A DNA stretch of 64,000 nucleotides from Desulfobacterales bacterium (GTDB taxonomy: Bacteria; Desulfobacterota; Desulfobacteria; Desulfobacterales; UBA5852): contig CAXXVS010000002.1 of assembly GCA_963674755.2 (NCBI GenBank), positions 1,984,001 through 2,048,000 on the forward strand, written 5' to 3'. The position numbers and the translations under genes are program-made. Below the pieces are notes generated by a model. That model did not search any database, was not told the DNA's origin, and saw only the letters and a program-made list of their open reading frames with translations. Shown piece by piece: positions 50,903 through 59,355 of this stretch (position 1 is the stretch's first letter; the number at the start of each line of letters is the position of its first letter).

Positions 50903-51233
50903 CGCTGTTCAACCAAGGGGGGGCGGGAAGACCTCGCGCCGCCCTGACCGCAGGAAGCATAACCATGTTTACCCGAGCAAGCGATAGAAGGTCCAATGCC
51001 GCAGAGATCCGCCCCGACCGGTCTCTGCGGCCCATGCTCCTCGCGACCGTCTATGATGGTCGGACAGGAGCGGCCCGAGGGGAAGTGCACCTTACTTCTG
51101 ACTGAGACCGCCCGTACCTGCCGGACACCTCATTTTCGATCCCCCTTTGTACCGATATTGTTGGAATACCTCCCGGGACGGTGTGTCAGCCCTGGATGGT
51201 TTTCGCAAACGCATTACACGAGGAGCCAATACC

Positions 51234-52781
51234 ATGTCAAACGACAGTCAACGCGTCATTATTTTCGACACCACCCTGCGGGACGGAGAACAATCCCCCG
51301 GGGCCAGCATGAATACCGGAGAAAAACTGCGACTGGCCGTACAGCTTGAAAAACTCGGGGTCGATGTGATCGAAGCCGGCTTTCCGGCCGCCTCCGAGGG
51401 GGATTTCGAGGCCGTCTCCCAAATCGCGGCCAAACTGAAAAAGGTCCAGGTCGCCGGGTTGGCCCGGGCCACCCGCAGTGATATCGACCGGGCCTGGGCA
51501 GCCGTCCAGCATGCCGCCCATCCCCGGATCCACACCTTTATCGCCACCTCCGACATCCATCTGGAATACAAGCTGCGGATGAAGCGCGAAGAGGTTGTTC
51601 AAGCCGCGGTGGACGCCGTCAAACACGCCCGCAGCTATACCGACAATGTGGAGTTCTCCGCCGAAGACGGGTCCCGCAGCGACTGGGACTTTCTCTGCCG
51701 GATTTTCGAAGCCGCCATCGCGGCCGGGGCCACGACCGTCAACCTGCCGGATACCGTGGGCTATGCGGTCCCGGATGAATTCGCGCAAATGGTCCGCCAC
51801 GTGCGCGAACACACCCCCAACATCGATCGCGCCATTTTCAGCGTACACTGCCACAACGACCTGGGGCTGGCCACGGCCAATACCCTGGCGGCGATTCAGG
51901 CCGGGGCCCGACAGGCTGAGGTCACCCTAAACGGCATCGGGGAGCGGGCTGGCAACACCTCCATGGAAGAAGTCGTGATGGCCCTGCACACCCGCCACAA
52001 TCACATGGGGCTCGACACCGGCATCAGGACCGAACACATCCACGCCAGCAGCCGTCTGGTCAGCATGATCACCGGTATCATGGTGCAACCCAACAAGGCC
52101 ATCGTGGGTGCCAATGCCTTTGCCCACGAAGCCGGCATTCACCAGGACGGCATGCTCAAAAACCCCATGACCTACGAGATCATGCGACCTGAAACCATCG
52201 GTCTGAGCAAGAACCAATTGGTTCTGGGCAAACACTCCGGCCGGCATGCCCTGCGCAACCGCTTGAAAGAGCTGGGGTATGAACTGAGTGAGGAAGAACT
52301 GGACACGATTTTCACCAAATTCAAGGACCTGGCCGACAAGAAGAAGCATATCGTGGACGAAGACCTGGAGGTCATGGTGACCGAGGGCATCCTGCGCACC
52401 TCGGAGGTTTTCAAGCTCAACTACCTGCATGTGACCGCTGGCACCACCGTACTGCCCATGGCCAGCGTTGAGCTGGCCATCAACGGCCGCCCGGCCCGGG
52501 ATGCCGGCTACGGCAACGGGCCCATCGATGCGGCCTTCAACAGCATCGCCAAAATGACCGGCACCCAGTCGGAGCTGCTGCGTTTCACGGTCAGCGCGCT
52601 GACCGGCGGCACCGATTCACAGGGGGAAGTGACCGTGCGCCTGCGGGAAAACGGTCTGGTGGCCCTGGGCAAGGGGGCGGATCCGGACATTATCACGGCC
52701 AGCGCCAAAGCCTATATCAACGGGCTGAACCGGCTCGAATACCTCAAGGCCCACCCGGTTCAGGACCGCCAGGGCCTCTGA
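51234..52781 (+). CDS. leuA: 2-isopropylmalate synthase
   Basis: DTTLRDGEQ, HCHNDLG, GIGERAGN, HEAGIHQDG, C-terminal regulatory domain. Confidence 0.96.
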   Translation: MSNDSQRVIIFDTTLRDGEQSPGASMNTGEKLRLAVQLEKLGVDVIEAGFPAASEGDFEAVSQIAAKLKKVQVAGLARATRSDIDRAWAAVQHAAHPRIHTFIATSDIHLEYKLRMKREEVVQAAVDAVKHARSYTDNVEFSAEDGSRSDWDFLCRIFEAAIAAGATTVNLPDTVGYAVPDEFAQMVRHVREHTPNIDRAIFSVHCHNDLGLATANTLAAIQAGARQAEVTLNGIGERAGNTSMEEVVMALHTRHNHMGLDTGIRTEHIHASSRLVSMITGIMVQPNKAIVGANAFAHEAGIHQDGMLKNPMTYEIMRPETIGLSKNQLVLGKHSGRHALRNRLKELGYELSEEELDTIFTKFKDLADKKKHIVDEDLEVMVTEGILRTSEVFKLNYLHVTAGTTVLPMASVELAINGRPARDAGYGNGPIDAAFNSIAKMTGTQSELLRFTVSALTGGTDSQGEVTVRLRENGLVALGKGADPDIITASAKAYINGLNRLEYLKAHPVQDRQGL

Positions 52782-52819
52782 TCTTTCCCGCTCCCGCATT
52801 ACCTGCCCCCATAAAATCG

Positions 52820-52855
52820 AAAAAGCTGAGGCCGTCCGGGCCTCAGCTTTTTTTT
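52820..52855. terminator. Bidirectional intrinsic terminator
   Basis: AAAAAGCTGAGGCC-loop-GGCCTCAGCTTTTTTTT between convergent genes. Confidence 0.88.
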
Positions 52856-52893
52856 AAATCAACTCCACCGTAGACTTTCGCCGGGCGCCTTCC

Positions 52894-53475
52894 CTACAGG
52901 CCCAGATATCCTTCCCGCATATCCTCATCGGCGTCCTTCCCCAGGTTGTAGCGAAAATACATTTGGGCGAAGGCTTTATCGGCAATCGTTCCTTTCTCCT
53001 GCCCCTTGAACACCAGGGTAAGCCCCTTGCCGGGCACATAGGTGGTAACCGAGGTGGCGCCGGGGGCCATGTCCTGGTCCAGCCAGGAGGCGTAAAGATC
53101 GATTTCCTTGCGGTACTTCGCCACCAGTTCGGGAGGATTGGCCTCCGCGATAGCTTCCTTGAACCCATCCTGCAATTTCTCGGCGGTGGCCCTGCTGGTC
53201 AGATAGTGCAGGACGAATTGTTTGACCTGCTCGGATTCGATGGCCTCGGTGGCATCATGGGTGGGCGTCTCAAGATAGAAGCCGCCTGCGAAGACTTTGA
53301 TGAAAAACTTGGTCTTGAGAGCCACCCCGTTGAGCGTGAGGGTTTTGCCGTCCACCACTTTCTGCCCGGGGAAAGTCACGTCGGCGATTTCCATGTCGCC
53401 GGCCCAAGCCGGCGCCCCTGCCATATAAAGCAAGCCTGCCATGCAAACAATGGATAGAATCTTGCGCGTCATCAT
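52894..53475 (-). CDS. Secreted chalcone isomerase-like family protein
   Basis: Signal peptide; LTLNG...KFFIKVFAGGFYL; F...Y..YNLG...LGL C-terminus. Confidence 0.78.
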   Translation of the reverse strand: MMTRKILSIVCMAGLLYMAGAPAWAGDMEIADVTFPGQKVVDGKTLTLNGVALKTKFFIKVFAGGFYLETPTHDATEAIESEQVKQFVLHYLTSRATAEKLQDGFKEAIAEANPPELVAKYRKEIDLYASWLDQDMAPGATSVTTYVPGKGLTLVFKGQEKGTIADKAFAQMYFRYNLGKDADEDMREGYLGL

Positions 53476-53549
53476 GGATTTTTCTTCCTCCCGTTTAAAA
53501 TCCGACCCAAAAAAAGCGTCCGCCCGAGCTATTAATGGCGGCCGGCGTG

Positions 53550-54296
53550 TCAGTCCAGATCGGCCAGGAGCCGTTTGGCCCAATCGGCAAAGTATGGTTC
53601 CGGCGATTGGACTGCGGTCTCCAAAAGCTTGCGGGCTTCCGCTTCATTGTCCTGGCCGCCGATATCGATCAACAGTTCCGCCAGGTAGATCTGGCCTTCC
53701 ACCGACCCTTCCAGGTAGCCGGCCGATTGAAATTCACGCAGGTAGGCCAGGGCCTTGTCGTCGTCGTTCATGGGCCAGGGCAGCACGGTCCAGAAGCGCC
53801 CCAGGGAAAGCATGGGGCCGCCTCGGTTGTATGTCTTGTCGATTTTGTAGGCCGTTTCGAAGCTGTTCTGGGTCTTGCTCTTCAGGCCTTCGCTGAGGGC
53901 GGTGAGGATGCTGACCCCGTCCGAGTAAATTCCGACGCTCAGGCCGTAATAGTAATAGCCTTCCACCTTGTCCGGGGCCAGGGCAATGGCCTTTTCGGCG
54001 AACCCCATGCCCGCCTTGCCGTGTTGGGCGCAGAGATCTTCCCAATCGGCGCCCCCCTGCTGCTTGAGCTTGTTGCCGTAGTCCCGATGGGCGCGGGCGC
54101 ATTTCCAAAGGGCTTCGTAGTTGTCGCCCAATTCGGCGACAGCCTTTTCGTAAAGCGGAATGGCGGCCTTGTAATTCTCCAATCCGCCGGCCTCATACAG
54201 GGCGTCCGCTTCCGCCAGAGTGGATTCGGCCTGCACGGTTCCAAACCCCAATACAATTATTGCCAGTATCATCAGTCCGCCGATGGCTTGTCGCAT
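53550..54296 (-). CDS. Secreted TPR-like helical protein
   Basis: Signal peptide; helical repeats (AEKAIALAPDKVEGYYYYG). Confidence 0.7.
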   Translation of the reverse strand: MRQAIGGLMILAIIVLGFGTVQAESTLAEADALYEAGGLENYKAAIPLYEKAVAELGDNYEALWKCARAHRDYGNKLKQQGGADWEDLCAQHGKAGMGFAEKAIALAPDKVEGYYYYGLSVGIYSDGVSILTALSEGLKSKTQNSFETAYKIDKTYNRGGPMLSLGRFWTVLPWPMNDDDKALAYLREFQSAGYLEGSVEGQIYLAELLIDIGGQDNEAEARKLLETAVQSPEPYFADWAKRLLADLD

Positions 54297-54681
54297 GCGA
54301 TCCCCTCTCTGATATCTATAAAATCATTAAATGAATGACCGTTTATTAAGTTAAATTTTCTTCAAATGTCAAGCATTGAGAGGGCTGGGAAGGGCAAAGG
54401 CGGCTATCGTTGGGGAGAAAATGGTGCGGCGGCATATCGCGGCCGGTGGACGATGGGGCACTGCGTGGGGTGGAAATGGAAGCGGGGATCAAACGCCCGG
54501 CAATCCTTCATGACCAGCCGTTTCAACAGCGACCGGAGCGGGGGCACCCGGGGCATGGCATCGGTTTGCTATCAGTGAAACACACCCGGGGAATACGTCC
54601 CATGGCGGTGATGCCGAACCGGGCGCCCATCATCGCACGGATCCACTATTTCGTTCAGCAACAAAATGATGCGCGCACGGC

Positions 54682-55149
54682 CTAGTCCCCCATCTCCGCC
54701 ATATAGTCGTCGTACATGGATTCCAGGGCCAGTTTGTGTTTGGCTTCTTCCTGGCACAGGATCTTAAAGACTTTCCGGCTGTTTCCCGTATCGGTCCGTT
54801 TCAGCAAGTCATTGTAGAGCGCGAGGGCTTTTTCCTCCCGCTTGATGGCCAGCATCAGAATGTCGCGATAATTCATGCCCTTCTGGTATTCGATGTCCAG
54901 AACCAGGTTGCTGCGTTTGATGTCTTTGATCCATTTGAACTGATAGTCCTCGACCCCATCCATGACGCCACCCGCCTTGAGGGATTCCAGCAGATCGATA
55001 TGCTTGTGCTCCTCTTTGGCAAAGTCCTGGAATGTCTGGCGGTTGCCCGAAAGCGTTTCCTCTTCGCACAGACTCAGATAGAATTGTTCGGCTTCGACCT
55101 CTTTGGCAATCGCAAACTCTAAAATGTCGTCCAGCGTCTCAAAGTCCAT
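54682..55149 (-). CDS. Rubrerythrin/ferritin-like diiron protein
   Basis: AIAKE..A..FY / EEHKH and AIKRE..A..Y / EEAKH repeats. Confidence 0.87.
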   Translation of the reverse strand: MDFETLDDILEFAIAKEVEAEQFYLSLCEEETLSGNRQTFQDFAKEEHKHIDLLESLKAGGVMDGVEDYQFKWIKDIKRSNLVLDIEYQKGMNYRDILMLAIKREEKALALYNDLLKRTDTGNSRKVFKILCQEEAKHKLALESMYDDYMAEMGD

Positions 55150-55245
55150 GCCATCTCCTTTCAGTAGATCACAAAGGGGGTATTTCCGATAAGTTGCGTA
55201 TGTTCACAAGGGAGGTTATCGCGTCCCGGCAACAAGCCGGATACG

Positions 55246-56175
55246 TCATCCGTCCAACTGCAAGCTTCCGATCAGATCCTTCAATTGCGCAATGCCCTGC
55301 TTTTGCATAAAACCCTGCAACTCGTCAATAATATCCATGGTGGCCCGGGGATTGACGAAATTGGCGGTTCCCACCTGGATCGCGCTGGCACCGGCAATCA
55401 GAAACTCCAGGGCATCACGGCCGTTCATGATGCCCCCGATGCCGATGACGGGGATGCTGACGGCGCCCGCCACCTGCCACACCATCCGCACCGCCACCGG
55501 CCGGATGGCCGGACCGGATAGCCCGCCGGTAATGTTGGCCAATTTCGGCCGCCGGGTTTCCACATCGATAACCATGCCGGTGATGGTGTTGATGAGGGAA
55601 ACGGCATCCGCCCCCTCCTGCTCCACCGCCCGGGCAATGGCCGCGATGTCGGTAACGTTGGGGGACAGCTTGAGGACCAGGGGCTTGCTGGTGGCGGCCC
55701 TAATACGACGCGTCAGGTCGGCGGCAGCCGTGGGATCGACACCGAAGGCGATGCCGCCGGCCTTGACGTTGGGGCAGGAGATATTGACTTCGATGGCGCT
55801 GATGTTGGACTCCTCATCGACGATCCTCGCCAGGGCCACATAGTCTTCTTCCCGCTGACCGTAGATATTGACGATAATCGGTGTGCCCAGTTGCCGCAGG
55901 AACTTCAGACGCGTGGTCCGGAAGGCCTTGATCCCGATATTCTCCAGGCCGATGGCATTCAGCATGCCGCAGGGCGTCTCGACGATGCGCGGCGGCGGGT
56001 TTCCGTGTGACGGATCCAGCGACAACCCCTTGACGATGATGGCCCCCAGCCGCTTGAGATCCACCAATTCACGAAATTCACCGCCGTAGCCGAAGGTGCC
56101 CGAGGCCGTCATCACGGGATTGCGCAAGGTCAGCCCTGCGATCTGAACGCTTAAATCCGGTGTCGCTTGCTCCAT
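55246..56175 (-). CDS. pyrD: Dihydroorotate dehydrogenase, family 1 catalytic subunit
   Basis: NPVMTASGT, NISCPN, KLSPN, GGLSGPAIRP. Confidence 0.93.
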   Translation of the reverse strand: MEQATPDLSVQIAGLTLRNPVMTASGTFGYGGEFRELVDLKRLGAIIVKGLSLDPSHGNPPPRIVETPCGMLNAIGLENIGIKAFRTTRLKFLRQLGTPIIVNIYGQREEDYVALARIVDEESNISAIEVNISCPNVKAGGIAFGVDPTAAADLTRRIRAATSKPLVLKLSPNVTDIAAIARAVEQEGADAVSLINTITGMVIDVETRRPKLANITGGLSGPAIRPVAVRMVWQVAGAVSIPVIGIGGIMNGRDALEFLIAGASAIQVGTANFVNPRATMDIIDELQGFMQKQGIAQLKDLIGSLQLDG

Positions 56176-56453
56176 TGATCTCCTCAGCGGCCCCATCGGC
56201 GGCCCAATGTCTTGGTGACCCGCCCAACCGGAGGCCATGACGCGTTTCTATGTATGTTATTTTCGAGCCGACATCAAGCGCTGTCCCGTCCCTGTTCACG
56301 TGGGAAACGACGCCCGGGCTCTTCTCCGGGCGAAACGGTCCTCACTTCCAATTTTCATCCGTTTGGGGTAGGACTGTTTCCCATGTTCCCCCCGGCGATT
56401 GACAGGGGTTGCCGAACGCCTCGCCAGGCCGACCGATGCAAAGGAAAACCACG

Positions 56454-56867
56454 ATGCCCGCGACCGAGCAAAACGATGAGAAGCGACAATTTGACCGCAT
56501 CCCGGAAACTGTCCCCATCACCATCCAGAAGATTGCCTATCCCTTGACAGACCAGGCGCCGGTCAAGGCCGTAGGCAGGAATATCAGTGCCGGGGGTATA
56601 TGTTTTGCCGTACCGCAGTCCTATGAACCGGGCGATTTATTGAGCGTTAAGATCAGGCTCACCGGTTGGCAGCGCCACAAGAGTTCCTATGCTGCCGTCA
56701 TCGACGACGATCTGGCTCTGGCACCCCTCACCGCAGTTGCCAAAGTTGCCTGGTGCAAAGCACTGACCGGAACCCCGAATTTCGAAATCGGTGTCATTTT
56801 TGAAAATATCTATGAGGATGACTACCAGGCGCTGAAGAAATACCTGTCGCTTGAAATGCCCATTTGA
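56454..56867 (+). CDS. Single-domain PilZ protein (c-di-GMP receptor)
   Basis: RQFDR (RxxxR) and NISAGG (D/NxSxxG) motifs. Confidence 0.85.
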   Translation: MPATEQNDEKRQFDRIPETVPITIQKIAYPLTDQAPVKAVGRNISAGGICFAVPQSYEPGDLLSVKIRLTGWQRHKSSYAAVIDDDLALAPLTAVAKVAWCKALTGTPNFEIGVIFENIYEDDYQALKKYLSLEMPI

Positions 56868-57090
56868 TCCCATCCCGCGCTTCGCGCGGTCATGAAAGCC
56901 CTCGTCTTTGCTTGAGCATGAAGCCGGGCTAAATATCCCGCCTTTCGTCCGGTAAGGGACTTGTCTCCGATCGCTGGACCTGACATATTTTGACAGCGGC
57001 TGTGTCAAATTTCGGCAGGATCGCCTCTAAATATTCCCCTCGACATCTTTAACCCTCTGAATTCTTTCCTAACAAATCCCATTCAGTTTC

Positions 57091-57107
57091 TTGGTATTAA
57101 TTTTGCT
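57091..57107 (+). promoter_or_regulatory. Putative sigma54 (-24/-12) promoter
   Basis: TTGGTATTAATTTTGCT: GG-N10-GC with TTGC, in an AT-rich tract upstream of the transposase-derived ORF. Confidence 0.6.
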
Positions 57108-57154
57108 AGTGCTTATCACGTCACTTTTTAATGACCTTAATCCCATATGCCATC

Positions 57155-57829
57155 ATGAAAAATAAGTATGTAAAGCGTTCTAAAATTTCAGAGGCCAAAT
57201 TCCGTAAAATTATCATGTATTTTAGTCTGGAATTGGACTCCCAAAAGATTGCGGCGTTGACCAGTTTGAATCGCAATACGGTCAACCGCTACCTGGGGCG
57301 GGTCCGCGCCCGGCTCGTCGATCTCTGTGAACTTCAGGCCCGCAGGCGTCAATCCGATCTCAAAGTATCTTCTATGGTCAACGGAGGCGAGTGGAACACG
57401 CCTCGGCAAACGGGAGGGGAAGAAAGCCTGCCGGTCTTCGGAATTCGTTCGCGTAACGATCATGTTTACACGAACCTATTTCCCAGCGGGGTTCATCGTA
57501 AATTGCGCCGGTTGATCCGGGGAGGCGCCGATCGGGCCAATTTCGCCGTACCGAAGGAATGGCACGCTTACGACGGTATCGTGGATCTCAAGGGCCGTTG
57601 GCACTATCGCTTGAGTCCTGTCTCTCCTGGTATCCAGGCATCGGAGGACATCCAACGTGGCATCGAATCCTTCTTGGGGTTTGCACGCAAACGCCTAACC
57701 GCGTTTCATCTCAACGGAAACGATTATTTTAATTTGGCGCTGAAAGAATGTGAGTTTCGGTTCAACAATCGCAAGGAGGATCTGTATCAGCTGCTGTTGA
57801 AGCGTTTCAGGGAAAAACCACTGTCCTGA
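57155..57829 (+). CDS. IS1595-family transposase-derived protein, catalytic residues degenerate
   Basis: RSKISEAKFR..LNRNTVNRY HTH, VFG, GIESF, LKECEFRFN retained; the EVDE, GKRGRG and SDGW motifs are not recognisable; alternative start 57131. Confidence 0.8.
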   Translation: MKNKYVKRSKISEAKFRKIIMYFSLELDSQKIAALTSLNRNTVNRYLGRVRARLVDLCELQARRRQSDLKVSSMVNGGEWNTPRQTGGEESLPVFGIRSRNDHVYTNLFPSGVHRKLRRLIRGGADRANFAVPKEWHAYDGIVDLKGRWHYRLSPVSPGIQASEDIQRGIESFLGFARKRLTAFHLNGNDYFNLALKECEFRFNNRKEDLYQLLLKRFREKPLS

Positions 57830-57952
57830 TTGAGCCATGGGCATTAGCCGGCCGAAGGTCTCGCGATGGGAGGCAGCCCATCGCAGTTCGATGGACAGTT
57901 GCTAAAAGCGGCAGCAACAGCATCGCATAACCCGCGGAGAGGACGCTTAACT

Positions 57953-57981
57953 CTAAAGCCATGGGTTAAGACAACCGATAA
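57953..57981 (+). promoter_or_regulatory. Possible sigma28 (FliA) promoter for the chemotaxis cluster
   Basis: CTAAAG...ACCGATAA; 16 nt between TAAA and the -10 element, one more than the usual 15. Confidence 0.4.
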
Positions 57982-58149
57982 AACCTTATGGAAGTGACAC
58001 AGGGATAGCGGTAGGGCGTTCCAATTCAGATTAAGCCGAGAGACCATTAGCCGTTCCAGACAGGTGGCCCTGGCAGGCCTAGCCCTATAGCAGGCGCGTC
58101 CAACGCCCTCCCCTTCCCCTGCGAATCAGGAAAATAAAAGAGGTCCAGC

Positions 58150-59343
58150 TTGATTATTTTCTGCGAAGAATGCGGTACCCAGCATGAATTCCCGGACGAT
58201 GGCAGTGCTGGCAAGCAAACCCTACTCACCTGTGAGGGCTGCCATGAAACCCTGACGGTTCCGGATGAGACCTCCTCCATTGCAGGGCCTTCCCAAAATC
58301 CAATCAGGCTTCTGATCGTGGACGATTCCCGCCTGATTCGGACGGCGGTCAAACGTCTGTTCGCCTCCGATGGCCAGGTTCAGGTGGTGGGAGAGGCGGC
58401 CAACGGTCGGGAAGCCTTGGAGCTGCTGCCGCGCCTCAAACCGGATGTCATCACGCTGGATATCAATATGCCCGAAATGGACGGGCTCTCCACCCTGAAG
58501 CATATCATGATCAAACACCCCACCCCGACGGTCATGTTCAGCGCCCTGACCCGCGAAGGGGCCACCGAAACCTTCGATGCCCTGCGTTTCGGGGCCATCG
58601 ACTTCATGCCCAAACCATCCCAGTCCCGGGGGGAGGATGTCGCGCAACAGGAACGCCTGATTCTGCAAAAAGTCAAAGTCGCCGCCGGTGTGGAAACAGG
58701 GGCGATTCGCCTCCTGAGGACATCCCGAGCAGACCATCAGGATAGCCAAAACCGGGGGATGGATCCAGAGGGCATCGTCGTACTGGGAGCATCGGAAGGC
58801 GGCTATGGAGCCCTCCTGAAAATCGTCCCGCAGCTGCCGCCTGCCCTGCCGGCCGCCTGTATCGCTATTCTGTACGCCGATGCAGCGCATGTATCCGCTT
58901 TTGCCGACTACTTGAATGCCAACAGCGCCGTTACCGTCAAGCGGGCGATGATGGGGGACACCCTCCAGGCCGGGGCCTGCTATTTGGCCTCCGGCAGCGA
59001 ATACACAACCCTGCAGAACGGCGGCGGCCGCATCACCCTGCAGGTCAATCCCTCTCCCTTCCCCGAACGGCGTGGCGCCATCAACATGCTCATGCTGTCG
59101 GCCTCGGAAATCATGTCCCAGCAAGCCATCGGCGTCGTCCTCACCGGCAAGGGCAATGACGGTGCCGAGGGAACCGCTGAAATCCGCCGCGTGGGAGGGA
59201 CGGTGATCCTGCAGGCCCCCCGCACCTGTCTTTTTCAGGAAATGGTCCAGGCCACCCTGCGCACGGGTAAAGCCGATTATGTCTGTGCCGATCTGGATAT
59301 CGCCTCAGCGATCAAAACCGCTTTTGGATACCAAAACAACTAG
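58150..59343 (+). CDS. cheB: CheB-like protein: Zn ribbon + REC + methylesterase-like domain
   Basis: CEECG...CEGC; IVDDS, LDINMP, KP; GASEGG and LTGKGNDG; TTG start after AGAGG. Confidence 0.8.
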   Translation: MIIFCEECGTQHEFPDDGSAGKQTLLTCEGCHETLTVPDETSSIAGPSQNPIRLLIVDDSRLIRTAVKRLFASDGQVQVVGEAANGREALELLPRLKPDVITLDINMPEMDGLSTLKHIMIKHPTPTVMFSALTREGATETFDALRFGAIDFMPKPSQSRGEDVAQQERLILQKVKVAAGVETGAIRLLRTSRADHQDSQNRGMDPEGIVVLGASEGGYGALLKIVPQLPPALPAACIAILYADAAHVSAFADYLNANSAVTVKRAMMGDTLQAGACYLASGSEYTTLQNGGGRITLQVNPSPFPERRGAINMLMLSASEIMSQQAIGVVLTGKGNDGAEGTAEIRRVGGTVILQAPRTCLFQEMVQATLRTGKADYVCADLDIASAIKTAFGYQNN

Positions 59344-59355
59344 GGAGAAAGAACC

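Noticed and set aside
56880..57845. Active IS1595 element
   Set aside because: No matching terminal inverted repeats or target duplication found, and catalytic motifs are degenerate; reported instead as a transposase-derived gene.
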